DNA from: an uncultured bacterium
GTDB lineage: Bacteria > Patescibacteriota > Minisyncoccia > Phycocordibacterales > PALSA-1337
DNA length: 64,000 bases
Direction of reading: 5' to 3'
Assembly (NCBI GenBank): GCA_963701025.1
Contig: OY969557.1
Coordinates: 570,042 to 634,041, forward strand
The position numbers and the translations under genes are program-made. Under the pieces are notes generated by a model that worked only from the letters and a program-made list of their open reading frames with translations, had not been told where the DNA came from and did no database searches. Positions 1 to 8,835 of this stretch are shown here, in pieces (the first letter of the stretch is position 1; every line of letters begins with the position of its first letter).

Positions 1-197
1 AGACGGCTATTAATAGCATCATCGACGGCCTCAAGAAAGGCGATGAAGTGTCTATCGCGGGTCTCGGCATCTTCTCCGTCAAGCAGCGCGCCGCTCGCGA
101 AGCTCGCAACCCCAGGACTGGCGAAGCCATCAAGGTCCCGGCCATGAAGGTTCCGAAGTTCCGCGCCGCAAAGGCTCTCAAGGAGGCGGTTAAATAG
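1..197 (+). CDS. hup: HU family DNA-binding protein (5' partial)
   Basis: Manual translation gives GDEVSIAGLGIFSVKQRAAREARNPRTGEAIKVPAMKVPKFRAAKALKEAVK*, the HU/IHF signature. Confidence 0.95.
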   Translation, partial: TAINSIIDGLKKGDEVSIAGLGIFSVKQRAAREARNPRTGEAIKVPAMKVPKFRAAKALKEAVK

Positions 198-228
198 ATT
201 TTCCTTCTACTTCCTCACGGAAACACAG

Positions 229-251
229 AAGCCGCCATAAAGGCGGTTTTT
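229..251 (+). terminator. Rho-independent terminator after hup
   Basis: AAGCCGCC-ATAAA-GGCGGTTTTTT hairpin with U-tract. Confidence 0.7.
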
Positions 252-279
252 GGTTGCTCTTAATGAGACAAATCCTAGC

Positions 280-426
280 TCTTCCCCAAAAAACCTTCTC
301 CAAAATACCTTTCTCTATGATCTCCTTTGGATTTCCTTCGGCGTAAATCTCGCCCCCCAGGGCGACCATGCTATAGATCGCCCCCGCAATGATCGAGTTG
401 ACTATGAGTTGCGGGATGATGTCCAT
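280..426 (-). pseudogene. Deletion remnant: LivH-like permease N-terminus fused to LivF-like ATPase C-terminus
   Basis: MDIIPQLIVNSIIAGAIYSMVALG (LivH-like start) joined at a G-run to GEIYAEGNPKEIIEKGILEKVF (ABC ATPase-like end). Confidence 0.65.
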
Positions 427-432
427 AAATAA

Positions 433-1251
433 CTACTTACCCTTCTTGTCGTTTCCGATAAAATTCCCACCCGTAACGACTGATCTGCCTATTCTCTTTT
501 CCAACTTCTTCCTAGCCACACCCGCTATATCGCCGCCGGCTTTGGCGTCTGAAGATAGTTTGGCCATGCCCTTGGAATCTTCCGTTCGATGTATCTCCGT
601 GGTCGATCGTTCGCCGAGCATGGTGAAGATCAGTTCGAAATCATTCATATGATCTCGCAGATTCTGCCGCTTCAAGCCTTTCAATTCCTTGTACTCGCTC
701 GGTGTCACGCCGAAAGTGGCTTTCGATATCTCGGCTGTCAAGATTTCATAATCTCTGTCATCTTTGGCACCGCGATTTTTCCATTCATCTGTCAATTCTT
801 CGCGGATGACGATACCGCGCATCCTCTTTTCTATCCAATCGTCGGGATATCCTTTAAGTTTATAAAGTATTCTCGTTCTCTTGGATGCCAGTTCTGGATT
901 TTCAATTTCCTGAACGCGCTCATAGCCAACTTTGGCCAGCCAGCGTTTGAAAGGCTCTGCCTTTGGAGATGGGATGGACTGTACAATACGGAAGATTCCC
1001 TCAGTATTAGCACAATCGGTCTCGCGCATTTTTCCGTCTGAAGCTTCAAGTTTCAACCGGTGACAAAGTGTCACCAGTTCACTTCCCTCTTCTTTCAATC
1101 TTTGGAAGAGTTTATTCCAATACTTTCTAGCGGATAAATCATCTGGTTGATCAGTCAATGCTTGGCATACATCCACAACCGAAAACCACCATTCATTCTC
1201 GTGAATAGTCCTACGAACCTTCTTGCCTTTGAATACGGCGATTTTGTCCAT
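433..1251 (-). CDS. Bro-N domain protein (phage antirepressor-like)
   Basis: WWFSVVDVCQAL..RKYWNKL and IVQSIPSPKAEPFKRWLAKVGYER motifs. Confidence 0.9.
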   Translation of the reverse strand: MDKIAVFKGKKVRRTIHENEWWFSVVDVCQALTDQPDDLSARKYWNKLFQRLKEEGSELVTLCHRLKLEASDGKMRETDCANTEGIFRIVQSIPSPKAEPFKRWLAKVGYERVQEIENPELASKRTRILYKLKGYPDDWIEKRMRGIVIREELTDEWKNRGAKDDRDYEILTAEISKATFGVTPSEYKELKGLKRQNLRDHMNDFELIFTMLGERSTTEIHRTEDSKGMAKLSSDAKAGGDIAGVARKKLEKRIGRSVVTGGNFIGNDKKGK

Positions 1252-1342
1252 ATGTTGGTCATGTAAGTATACTCTCCGACTCGCTAACCCGCCACCAAAA
1301 ATCGCTCCTGAAAGAGCGATTTTTGATTCGATTTTTGGAAAT

Positions 1343-1945
1343 CTACATATTAACCAATTTCCCGTTTTCTATTTTTTGGAATAGGGCACCGATTCCAACC
1401 ATGTCTCCATTTTGATCAAATGAATATGTACCGACGGTACCGACATAATTATGGATCGAGTGCAGATATTGTTCGACTTTAGTAGTGTCATCACCTACCG
1501 ATGAAATCGCCTGTGTTATTAGATAGACATCATCATAATACCCAACTGTCTAGCCTGTTGAATGATTTGGACCAGATTGGGACCAGTCTGGGAGTTAACG
1601 AAGATAACATCAGGGTTAGCAGTCTTTACGGGCAAAAGAAGTGACCGGAAGTCAGTCGTACCTGTCTGATAATCTTGTGTGGCAACGAATTGTAATCCGT
1701 CCTTTTGGAGTTCAGCGAGGAATACGCCCTTTATACCTTGAGCATAATCAGTCTGCTCTGATATGGTCGCGGCGGTCTTGTAAGACGAGCTGGCAAGATA
1801 GTCAGCTAGCAAGGCACCGAATAGATTGTCATTCGGATTATTTCTCATGAAGTATTGGCTCGCACCTGACAATTTTGGTGCCGACGAAATGGCGGATATA
1901 GTAAAGACCTTGGCAGCATTAATTATAGGAATTGAGGCCTCGACA
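1343..1945 (-). pseudogene. Fragmented branched-chain amino acid ABC substrate-binding protein (LivJ/K-like)
   Basis: TDYAQG and TDFRSLL..VKTANPDVIF in one frame; C-terminal YDDVYLI..GTVGTYSFDQNGD in another frame; no N-terminus. Confidence 0.75.
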
Positions 1946-1958
1946 TCGGCCTTAATTG

Positions 1959-2029
1959 TGCGGGATGCCGGAATCGAACCGGCGCATCGAACTTGGAAGG
2001 TTCGCATTCTGCCACTAAACTAATCCCGC
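1959..2029 (-). tRNA. tRNA-Gly(TCC)
   Basis: Cloverleaf GCGGGAT..ATCCCGCA; anticodon loop CTTCCAA; GGTTCGATTCC T-arm. Confidence 0.95.
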
Positions 2030-2039
2030 TATTGACTTG

Positions 2040-2112
2040 TCGGGGCGCCGGGATTCGAACCCGGAGTCACCTCTTCCCAAAAGAGGCATGTTAGCCGTTA
2101 CACCACGCCCCG
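2040..2112 (-). tRNA. tRNA-Pro(TGG)
   Basis: CGGGGCG..CGCCCCGA acceptor stem; anticodon loop TTTGGGA. Confidence 0.95.
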
Positions 2113-2116
2113 TTTC

Positions 2117-2137
2117 GCCTGTCTGCCGACAGGCAGG
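2117..2137. repeat. Short palindromic repeat (CCTGYCTGCCGRCAGGCAGG family)
   Basis: Related copies at 9290-9312 (in pnp) and 40327-40346. Confidence 0.7.
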
Positions 2138-2171
2138 TTCCGATATCCTAGCACGGAATGGCCAAGGGTGG

Positions 2172-2561
2172 CTATAAAATGACGTCTTTTATCCATTTAA
2201 CCTTCGCCAAACGCGTTTTCTCATTCATATAGACACAGAGTATATGGAAATGAAAGTCAGCGTCTTGCCCCCTGCCCTTCTCGGCTAAATATGTCTGGAT
2301 GATTTTCCGCAAGTGCCTGACCTTAAGGTCATGGACATTATCCTCCGGCTTATATGGTAAGTCTGCGGAAAAATTCCTTATGACGCTTTTGACTTCAAAG
2401 AAGTGTAATGATTTTCCTTTGCCATCGGCTACTTCAGCGACAATATCCAATTCACCCCATTTCTTCTGATAATTACGATCGACAATAGTGAATCCTTGCG
2501 CGCCTAAAAATTTAGAGGCTATATCTTCACCGATATTCCCTTTCGCTCTTTTATGCAACAT
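2172..2561 (-). CDS. YraN family protein
   Basis: GNIGEDIA..FL..GFTIVDRNY..WGELDIVA..FFEVK. Confidence 0.9.
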   Translation of the reverse strand: MLHKRAKGNIGEDIASKFLGAQGFTIVDRNYQKKWGELDIVAEVADGKGKSLHFFEVKSVIRNFSADLPYKPEDNVHDLKVRHLRKIIQTYLAEKGRGQDADFHFHILCVYMNEKTRLAKVKWIKDVIL

Positions 2562-2705
2562 TTTATTTGACTTTTAAAGAAATGGGTCTTATGAATGGCT
2601 CAACTAGGCCATAAACTTGTAAAAGGACTTACCAAACGGACCAAAACAACGAATTTTAGGCCTTATTTTTGTCTTTTATACCCTAAATCCACAGGGTTAT
2701 CCCCA

Positions 2706-2721
2706 GTTTTCACGTGAAACT
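2706..2721. promoter_or_regulatory. parS-like site
   Basis: GTTTTCACGTGAAACT, 13/16 match to TGTTTCACGTGAAACA. Confidence 0.6.
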
Positions 2722-2813
2722 CTATATTTAGAGCCATTATATGAGGGCACTAGCACAAAGACAAATCTAGGACAGAAACCTGCATTCCCGACACAAAATC
2801 GATCACTTCCCTG

Positions 2814-2884
2814 TGCGGGTAGGGAGAATCGAACTCCCACCTCGTCCTTGGCAAGGACGCGTCCTACCATTAAACAATACCCGC
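2814..2884 (-). tRNA. tRNA-Gly(GCC)
   Basis: GCGGGTA..TACCCGCA; anticodon loop TTGCCAA. Confidence 0.95.
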
Positions 2885-2976
2885 AATATATTCAAAAGGA
2901 ACTGGGGTAGTATAACCTATTGCAGTCTAACTTTCAAAATTTCTAATTTCTAATTGACCTAGATTTAGAAATCCTT

Positions 2977-3051
2977 TGGTGCCCTCGGAGGGACTCGAAC
3001 CCCCAACATCAGTTCCGAAGACTGGTGTGATATCCATTTCACCACGAGGGC
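2977..3051 (-). tRNA. tRNA-Arg(TCG)
   Basis: GCCCTCG..CGAGGGCACCA; anticodon loop CTTCGGA. Confidence 0.93.
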
Positions 3052-3131
3052 AATCAAACACGACCACATATGATCGTAGCGCTATAGTAGCGCACATGGC
3101 AGAAAAGCCCAAGGTGTGGTATGATTTTCTT

Positions 3132-4619
3132 ATGAAAATGGCTCAAAATAGCCCTATTCCGGCAGAAATTACAAGCATTGTAGAAACTCTCGAGAGGGCC
3201 GGCTTTCAGGCATATCTAGTAGGCGGCTGCGTGCGAGATATTTTTCTCGGTCGACAGCCGAAAGATTGGGATATAACTACTAACGCTACTCCGGAAAAGA
3301 TCCAGAGCCTGTTCCCGAAGACAGTATATGAAAATATCTATGGTACGGTCATTGTCATAAACGAATCATCGGAGGAAGGGCCTCTGAAGAACGTCGAGGT
3401 CACCCCTTATCGCCTCGAATCTGGATATTCCGATCGGCGACACCCGGATCAAGTGAAATTCAGCGACACCATAGACGCCGACCTGAAAAGAAGGGACTTT
3501 ACGGTAAATGCTTTGGCTGTTTCACTTTCAAAAGGAGCCATAAAGGACATGGTTGATTTCTTTGGCGGCTTGAAAGATATAAAGGACAAAATCATTAGGA
3601 CAGTTGGGAAGCCCGCGGACCGTTTCAACGAGGATGCTCTGCGCATGATGCGTGCAATACGCCTAGCGGTAGACCTAGATTTCACCATTGAAAAAGAGAC
3701 TTTTGCGGCCATACAGAGCCATAATGAGCTGATTAAAGATGTGTCCATAGAAAGGATCCGTGATGAATTCGTAAAGATACTTATGTCTCCAAATCCTAAG
3801 AAGGGGATTGAGCTTCTCTACGAAGCCGGTCTATTGAAACATATCATCCCCGAATTAGAGGGTGGAATTGGAGTTAAACAACCACAAGCTCACGCTTTTG
3901 ATGTATGGGAGCATCTTTTGAGAACCGTGCAACACGCCGCGGATAAGGGCTGGGACCTAGAAACAAGGCTTATAGCCCTATTCCACGACATTGCAAAGCC
4001 AAAAACAAAGGGATTTTCACGTGAAACACAGCAAATAACGTTCTACGGCCATGAAGTGGTTGGTTCACGTGAAACACGAAAAATACTTGAAAGAATGAAG
4101 TTTTCACGTGTAACAATCGAAAAAGTGACCAAACTGATTCGCTGGCACATGTTTTTCTCTGATACGGAGAAGATAACCTTACCCGCGGTCAGGCGTATGG
4201 TAGTCAATGTTGGACGTGAAAACATATGGGATCTCATAAATGTGCGCATATGCGACCGTATAGGCACTGGCAGGCCTAAGGAAAACCCATACCGTCTACG
4301 GAAGTATCAGGCCATGATCGAAGAAGCTTTGCGCGATCCTATATCACTAGCGATGCTGAAAATCGATGGAAAAAGGATCATTGATGTTTGTAAAATCCAG
4401 CCTGGCCCAAAAATAGGGCATATTTTGCATGCTCTTTTTAACGAAGTCCTGGATGAGCCAAAATTGAATACCTCGGAATATCTTGAAAAGAGAGCTGCAG
4501 AATTGGCCGCTTTGTCCGACAAGGAACTAGTCAAAATGGGGGAAGCTGGCAGGGAAAAGAAGAACGAGGAGGACGCAAAAAAGGTAGGAGAGATAAGGAA
4601 GAAATACCACGTATCTTAG
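3132..4619 (+). CDS. cca: CCA-adding tRNA nucleotidyltransferase with HD domain
   Basis: YLVGGCVRD, KDWDITT, RRDFTVNA, EDALRMMRAIR, FHDIAKP; start moved downstream of the tRNA. Confidence 0.9.
   Translation: MKMAQNSPIPAEITSIVETLERAGFQAYLVGGCVRDIFLGRQPKDWDITTNATPEKIQSLFPKTVYENIYGTVIVINESSEEGPLKNVEVTPYRLESGYSDRRHPDQVKFSDTIDADLKRRDFTVNALAVSLSKGAIKDMVDFFGGLKDIKDKIIRTVGKPADRFNEDALRMMRAIRLAVDLDFTIEKETFAAIQSHNELIKDVSIERIRDEFVKILMSPNPKKGIELLYEAGLLKHIIPELEGGIGVKQPQAHAFDVWEHLLRTVQHAADKGWDLETRLIALFHDIAKPKTKGFSRETQQITFYGHEVVGSRETRKILERMKFSRVTIEKVTKLIRWHMFFSDTEKITLPAVRRMVVNVGRENIWDLINVRICDRIGTGRPKENPYRLRKYQAMIEEALRDPISLAMLKIDGKRIIDVCKIQPGPKIGHILHALFNEVLDEPKLNTSEYLEKRAAELAALSDKELVKMGEAGREKKNEEDAKKVGEIRKKYHVS
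4013..4115. promoter_or_regulatory. Three parS-like sites inside cca
   Basis: ATTTTCACGTGAAACA (4013), TGGTTCACGTGAAACA (4061), GTTTTCACGTGTAACA (4100). Confidence 0.7.
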
Positions 4620-5135
4620 ACGGCTTATAAAGGACAAAGTTATCCACATTTCATGTCCTTTACGAACATCAAGATAGGACATACAATAGGACCAGATCAG
4701 TTTGTCTGTCCGAGGTTTAAGACGAACACCTGATCTTTACACAACTAAGCCTGGGTAGGCTAAGCTCCTTTTTGAAGTAAATAATTTAGTCGTCGACTCA
4801 TTGCTCGGCGAAAAAATGTGGTGCATCTTGATTCAGCACACAACTAGTTCTCCCTACGGGAGAACGCCAAACAATTTATCTAACGATGCACACTCGCATG
4901 CCGTTAGGAATGACCCCGACAATAGGTCTGTGGACCGTTAATTATTAACTTCTCTCGAAGCGCATCCTCTGCGATACTTCACTTTTTCCTCGAAGGCATC
5001 ACACGATGCGCTTACTGTTACCCGAAAATCTAATTTCACCAAAGCTATTTTCACTACATCATAGCAGAATGACCCGTTTTTCCGGGTGAAAAAATGCCAG
5101 TTTTTAGCTGAATATGGCTCCATAGAGAGCCTTAA

Positions 5136-5954
5136 TTATCCTATGAAAATATCGATTGGACAATGGTCAGAACCCATTATTTCATCAAGAATCCGGGCTT
5201 TTGTCACTAGCCCGAATATGCTCGCGGAGACGAAAAAGTAGTCTATCCTCCAGCCTACATTGCGATCTCGGGAGAATGTTTTCATATCCCAATAGCTGTA
5301 CTTTTCTTTTTCTTCGGGGTGTAATTCTCTGAAGGCATCGGCGTAGCCGGCGGCAATGACTTTGTCTATCCACGCTCGCTCGATGGGTAAGAAACCAGTG
5401 TTCTCGACATTCTCCTTTGGACGGGCCAGATCGATCTCGGTATGAGCGGTATTGACATCACCACAGAAAATGACTTCGTATCCTTTCTTTTTCTGGACAT
5501 TTATATACTTGAGGAACTGATCATAGAAGCGGAGTTTGAAATCGAGACGCTCCGGACCTCCTCCGCCATTAGGGAAGTAAATGTTTATGAAGACAAATTT
5601 ACCGAGACCGGCACTCTTGGCATTGGATTTGGAAACATCGAAGGCGCCTTCATCGAAGAAAAGCGCTAGAAATCGCCCTTCTTGGTCGTATTCTTCTATG
5701 CCGAAGCCATAATCGACTTTCGCCGGCTTAACTTTACTGAAAACTGCAACGCCGCTGTAGCCTTTGCGACCTTTGGAGTGATCAAAATAGGAAAAATAGC
5801 CGAGAGGATTGCGAACGCCCTCCTCGAGCTGGTCTGGGTGAGCTTTGGTCTCTTGGAGACAGAAAATGTCTGGGGATTCATTGATCAGCCAATCGAAACC
5901 GCCTTTTTTCACATTGGCGCGCAAGCCATTGACATTCCAGGAGATGATGCGCAT
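5136..5954 (-). CDS. xth: Exodeoxyribonuclease III
   Basis: ISWNVNGLRA, LQETK, GYSGVA, GDVN, GWRIDYF, GSDHCPI. Confidence 0.95.
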   Translation of the reverse strand: MRIISWNVNGLRANVKKGGFDWLINESPDIFCLQETKAHPDQLEEGVRNPLGYFSYFDHSKGRKGYSGVAVFSKVKPAKVDYGFGIEEYDQEGRFLALFFDEGAFDVSKSNAKSAGLGKFVFINIYFPNGGGGPERLDFKLRFYDQFLKYINVQKKKGYEVIFCGDVNTAHTEIDLARPKENVENTGFLPIERAWIDKVIAAGYADAFRELHPEEKEKYSYWDMKTFSRDRNVGWRIDYFFVSASIFGLVTKARILDEIMGSDHCPIDIFIG

Positions 5955-5998
5955 AAAGGAAGTTTAAAGGTAAAAAGGTAAAAGGTAAAATGATCTGT

Positions 5999-6925
5999 TC
6001 ATTTCTTTTTGTTGTGAAACTGTTTATGGACTCTTTTGAGCTCGCTGTCCGTTACATGCGTATAGATCTGTGTGGTGCTGATACTGGAATGTCCGAGAAG
6101 CATCTGGACTGAGCGCAGGTCGGCGCCATTCGACAGGAGGTCGGTGGCAAACGAATGACGGATGACGTGCGGAGTGACTCTCTTGGATATGCCGGCCTTG
6201 ATGGCATAATATTTGACGATGCGTTCGACAGAACGACGTGAAAGAGCGGCTTCTTTGGAACCATCGCGCTTTTCCGCATTGGTCGTCTTGACGAACAAAG
6301 CGTCTTCGACGTCGGTCCGCGCGTCGAGATATTTCTTGAGGATTTTCTTCGCCGCATCGGACAGGAAGACGACGCGCACCTTGTCGCCTTTGCCGCGGAT
6401 GGGGAATTCGTCGACGGAAAGATCGATGTCGCGCGACAGGGAACAGAGCTCGGAGACGCGCAGACCAGTCGAGAACAGGAGTTCCAGTATGGCCTTATCG
6501 CGAAGGGATTTGACGTCGGAACCGTCCGGCGCGGAGAGAAGACGCTCCAATTCCTCGCCGGATATTAGGTCTATGTGGCGCTCGCCGACCTTGGCGAGCT
6601 CTATGTACTCGGGGGAGATGGTTTTGATGCCGCGCTTGGCCAGATATTTGAGGAAGGCGCGCAAGGCTATGAGATAATAGTTCTGCGTCTTCTTCTTGAG
6701 CGTGTCGCCTGTGGCGCGATTGTTGCCGGTCGACTGGCGGTTCAACCATAGACGGAATTCACGGATAGTGTCCATCGTCAATTTCGCGGGATCGGTGACC
6801 TTGGCATAATCGAAGAAGCGAGTCAGATAATGATCGTAATTCTCGACGGTCTTCACCGACCTGCCCCGCTCTATCTCTATGTATTCCAGGAATTGCTGTT
6901 TGAGATCTTTGATATTGTGCGACAT
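5999..6925 (-). CDS. Tyrosine recombinase XerC/XerD family
   Basis: LFSTGLRVSEL, GKGDK, TPHVIRHSFAT, LLGH, TTQIYTHV. Confidence 0.93.
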   Translation of the reverse strand: MSHNIKDLKQQFLEYIEIERGRSVKTVENYDHYLTRFFDYAKVTDPAKLTMDTIREFRLWLNRQSTGNNRATGDTLKKKTQNYYLIALRAFLKYLAKRGIKTISPEYIELAKVGERHIDLISGEELERLLSAPDGSDVKSLRDKAILELLFSTGLRVSELCSLSRDIDLSVDEFPIRGKGDKVRVVFLSDAAKKILKKYLDARTDVEDALFVKTTNAEKRDGSKEAALSRRSVERIVKYYAIKAGISKRVTPHVIRHSFATDLLSNGADLRSVQMLLGHSSISTTQIYTHVTDSELKRVHKQFHNKKK

Positions 6926-7004
6926 GGTTACATTGTAGCAGTAATGACAATCACCCACATTACATTCCTTGCCTCAATTACCCATTTATGCTATGATAAA
7001 GGCC

Positions 7005-7271
7005 ATGTTAAGCACGCGTCAAAAGACCAAGATCATCAAAGAAACCGGCATCCACGACAAGGATACCGGCTCTCCGGAGGTGCAGGTGGCCATTTTGACC
7101 AAGCGCATCGACGAGTTGACTTCGCATCTGCGCAAGCATAAGAAGGACAACCATTCGCGCCGAGGCCTTCTCGGCATGGTGGCCGATCGTCAGACTCATC
7201 TCGTATATTTGAAGAAGAATAATCCTCGCAGGTATTCGGCTATCGTGAAGAAGCTCGAATTGAAGAAATAA
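7005..7271 (+). CDS. rpsO: 30S ribosomal protein S15
   Basis: DTGSPEVQVAILT..HKKDNHSRRGLL. Confidence 0.97.
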   Translation: MLSTRQKTKIIKETGIHDKDTGSPEVQVAILTKRIDELTSHLRKHKKDNHSRRGLLGMVADRQTHLVYLKKNNPRRYSAIVKKLELKK

Positions 7272-7280
7272 TTTTTATAC

Positions 7281-7805
7281 ATGTCAGTCATCAAACATAA
7301 GGAGCAACGCGTCGGCATTTTCATCGACGCGCAGAATCTCTATCATAGCGGCAAGAATCTATACCATTCGAAGGTCAATTTCGGCGCCATCGTCAAAGAG
7401 GCCCTCGACGGACGGACGAAGCTCGTCCGCGCCATCGCCTATGTCATAGCCACGGAATCCGGCGAAGAGACGGGCTTTTTCGAAGCCCTAACCAAGATGG
7501 GCATCGAGACCAAGGTCAAAGACCTGCAGATATTCAGTTCCGGCGCCAAGAAAGCCGACTGGGACGTGGGCATGGCCATAGACGCGGTCAAACTATCGCC
7601 CAAGCTCGACACCGTCATACTCATAACGGGCGACGGCGACTTCGTGCCGTTGGTCGAATACCTCAAGGTGAATGGTTGTCAAGTCGAAGTGGCTTCATTC
7701 GGCAAGTCGACTTCAGCCAAGCTCATAGAAGCGACTGATCATTTCATAGATCTCGACGAAGCGCCAAGCAAGTATCTTTTGCGCGGAAGCGGTGGGAGGA
7801 AGTAG
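7281..7805 (+). CDS. NYN domain protein (LabA/DUF88)
   Basis: IFIDAQNLY, KADWDVGMAID, TGDGDFVPLV. Confidence 0.9.
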   Translation: MSVIKHKEQRVGIFIDAQNLYHSGKNLYHSKVNFGAIVKEALDGRTKLVRAIAYVIATESGEETGFFEALTKMGIETKVKDLQIFSSGAKKADWDVGMAIDAVKLSPKLDTVILITGDGDFVPLVEYLKVNGCQVEVASFGKSTSAKLIEATDHFIDLDEAPSKYLLRGSGGRK

Positions 7806-7829
7806 GTGAGATATTCTTGTTATAATATT

Positions 7830-8100
7830 CGGACAAGGTGTAGCAATGCTTTCAAGCGTCTTACACAGCTCTAAAGCTATCCACGTTAATATACAGATCA
7901 TCCGTACTTTCACGAAATTGCGCAAGATATTGGCTGATAACAAGAAGTTGGCGGAGAAAGTAGAAAAGATGGAAAGAAAATATGACAAACACATATTCAA
8001 TATATTCGAAACTATAAAACAATTGAGAGGCGAGAGGAAAAAGTTGATCCTAGAGGAGAAACCGAAAGAAAGAATGGGTTTTAGGGTGCCTGGGAAATAA
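7830..8100 (+). pseudogene. C-terminal fragment of an ORF6N-domain protein
   Basis: QGVAMLSSVL.S..AI.VNIQIIRTF motif without the N-terminal domain. Confidence 0.6.
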
Positions 8101-8153
8101 AAAATGCGCCTATTTCGCTTTTGACGAAGAGGCGCGCAGAGTGAAACTCTGGG

Positions 8154-8612
8154 TTATTGCATAAGGATAGACAGGCACTGGCTAAGGTCTATACGATAAC
8201 CCAACCAGAGCCAATATATAATCGGCGTTTGACCCCTAATGTTCTGGATATGCGGCACATACAAACTGCCCCGGTTATCCCTGACCACCGATTGCCAAAG
8301 ATATACTTTCTTTCCGCCGAAGATCGAATGACAATATTCGTAAGCGGCGATTTGTCTGCCGGCCTGAAAATTAAGGCATTTATCAATGAGGTCATCCCCT
8401 CTCAAGATTTCCACTAGATCGGAACAGACCATGTTGCTCGGAAGATCGGGTCTTTCCGGGAATCCGGTCAACCGCCCAAGATCGATCATGATTGGACCAA
8501 TAGAGCCAAAATGTGGAAACTGCCAGCCGGTAGCCCAATTCGGCAACGGATAATGCGTACTTCGGTCTATGGGTATAAGAACCCTGGGGACGACAATCTC
8601 TTTGTTTTTCAT
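8154..8612 (-). CDS. Hypothetical protein
   Basis: Open frame from MKNKEIVV; no recognised family. Confidence 0.6.
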   Translation of the reverse strand: MKNKEIVVPRVLIPIDRSTHYPLPNWATGWQFPHFGSIGPIMIDLGRLTGFPERPDLPSNMVCSDLVEILRGDDLIDKCLNFQAGRQIAAYEYCHSIFGGKKVYLWQSVVRDNRGSLYVPHIQNIRGQTPIIYWLWLGYRIDLSQCLSILMQ

Positions 8613-8835
8613 AAGTGCAAGACCAAATGTGTTTATTGGATTTATACTCCAATACCGTTCGATAAGCAATGGCAAAAATATGCATGTTTGTGCTACATTA
8701 CATACGCACATTACCAACTAATCTCGCCTCCGGATAAGCAGGTTTGAAGCTCCGCGCATCGCGCGATCCATTCAAAGCTGAAATCTGTAGGCGAACGCGG
8801 CCGCATAATAAATAGGACGGCCTGCAATCAAACGT

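Noticed and set aside
1946-3131. ORF extensions 1519-2007 and 2976-3131 over tRNAs
   Set aside because: They overlap clear tRNA genes; starts were reassigned.
5999-6925. Tyrosine recombinase as a mobile element integrase
   Set aside because: It sits among housekeeping genes and looks like chromosomal Xer.
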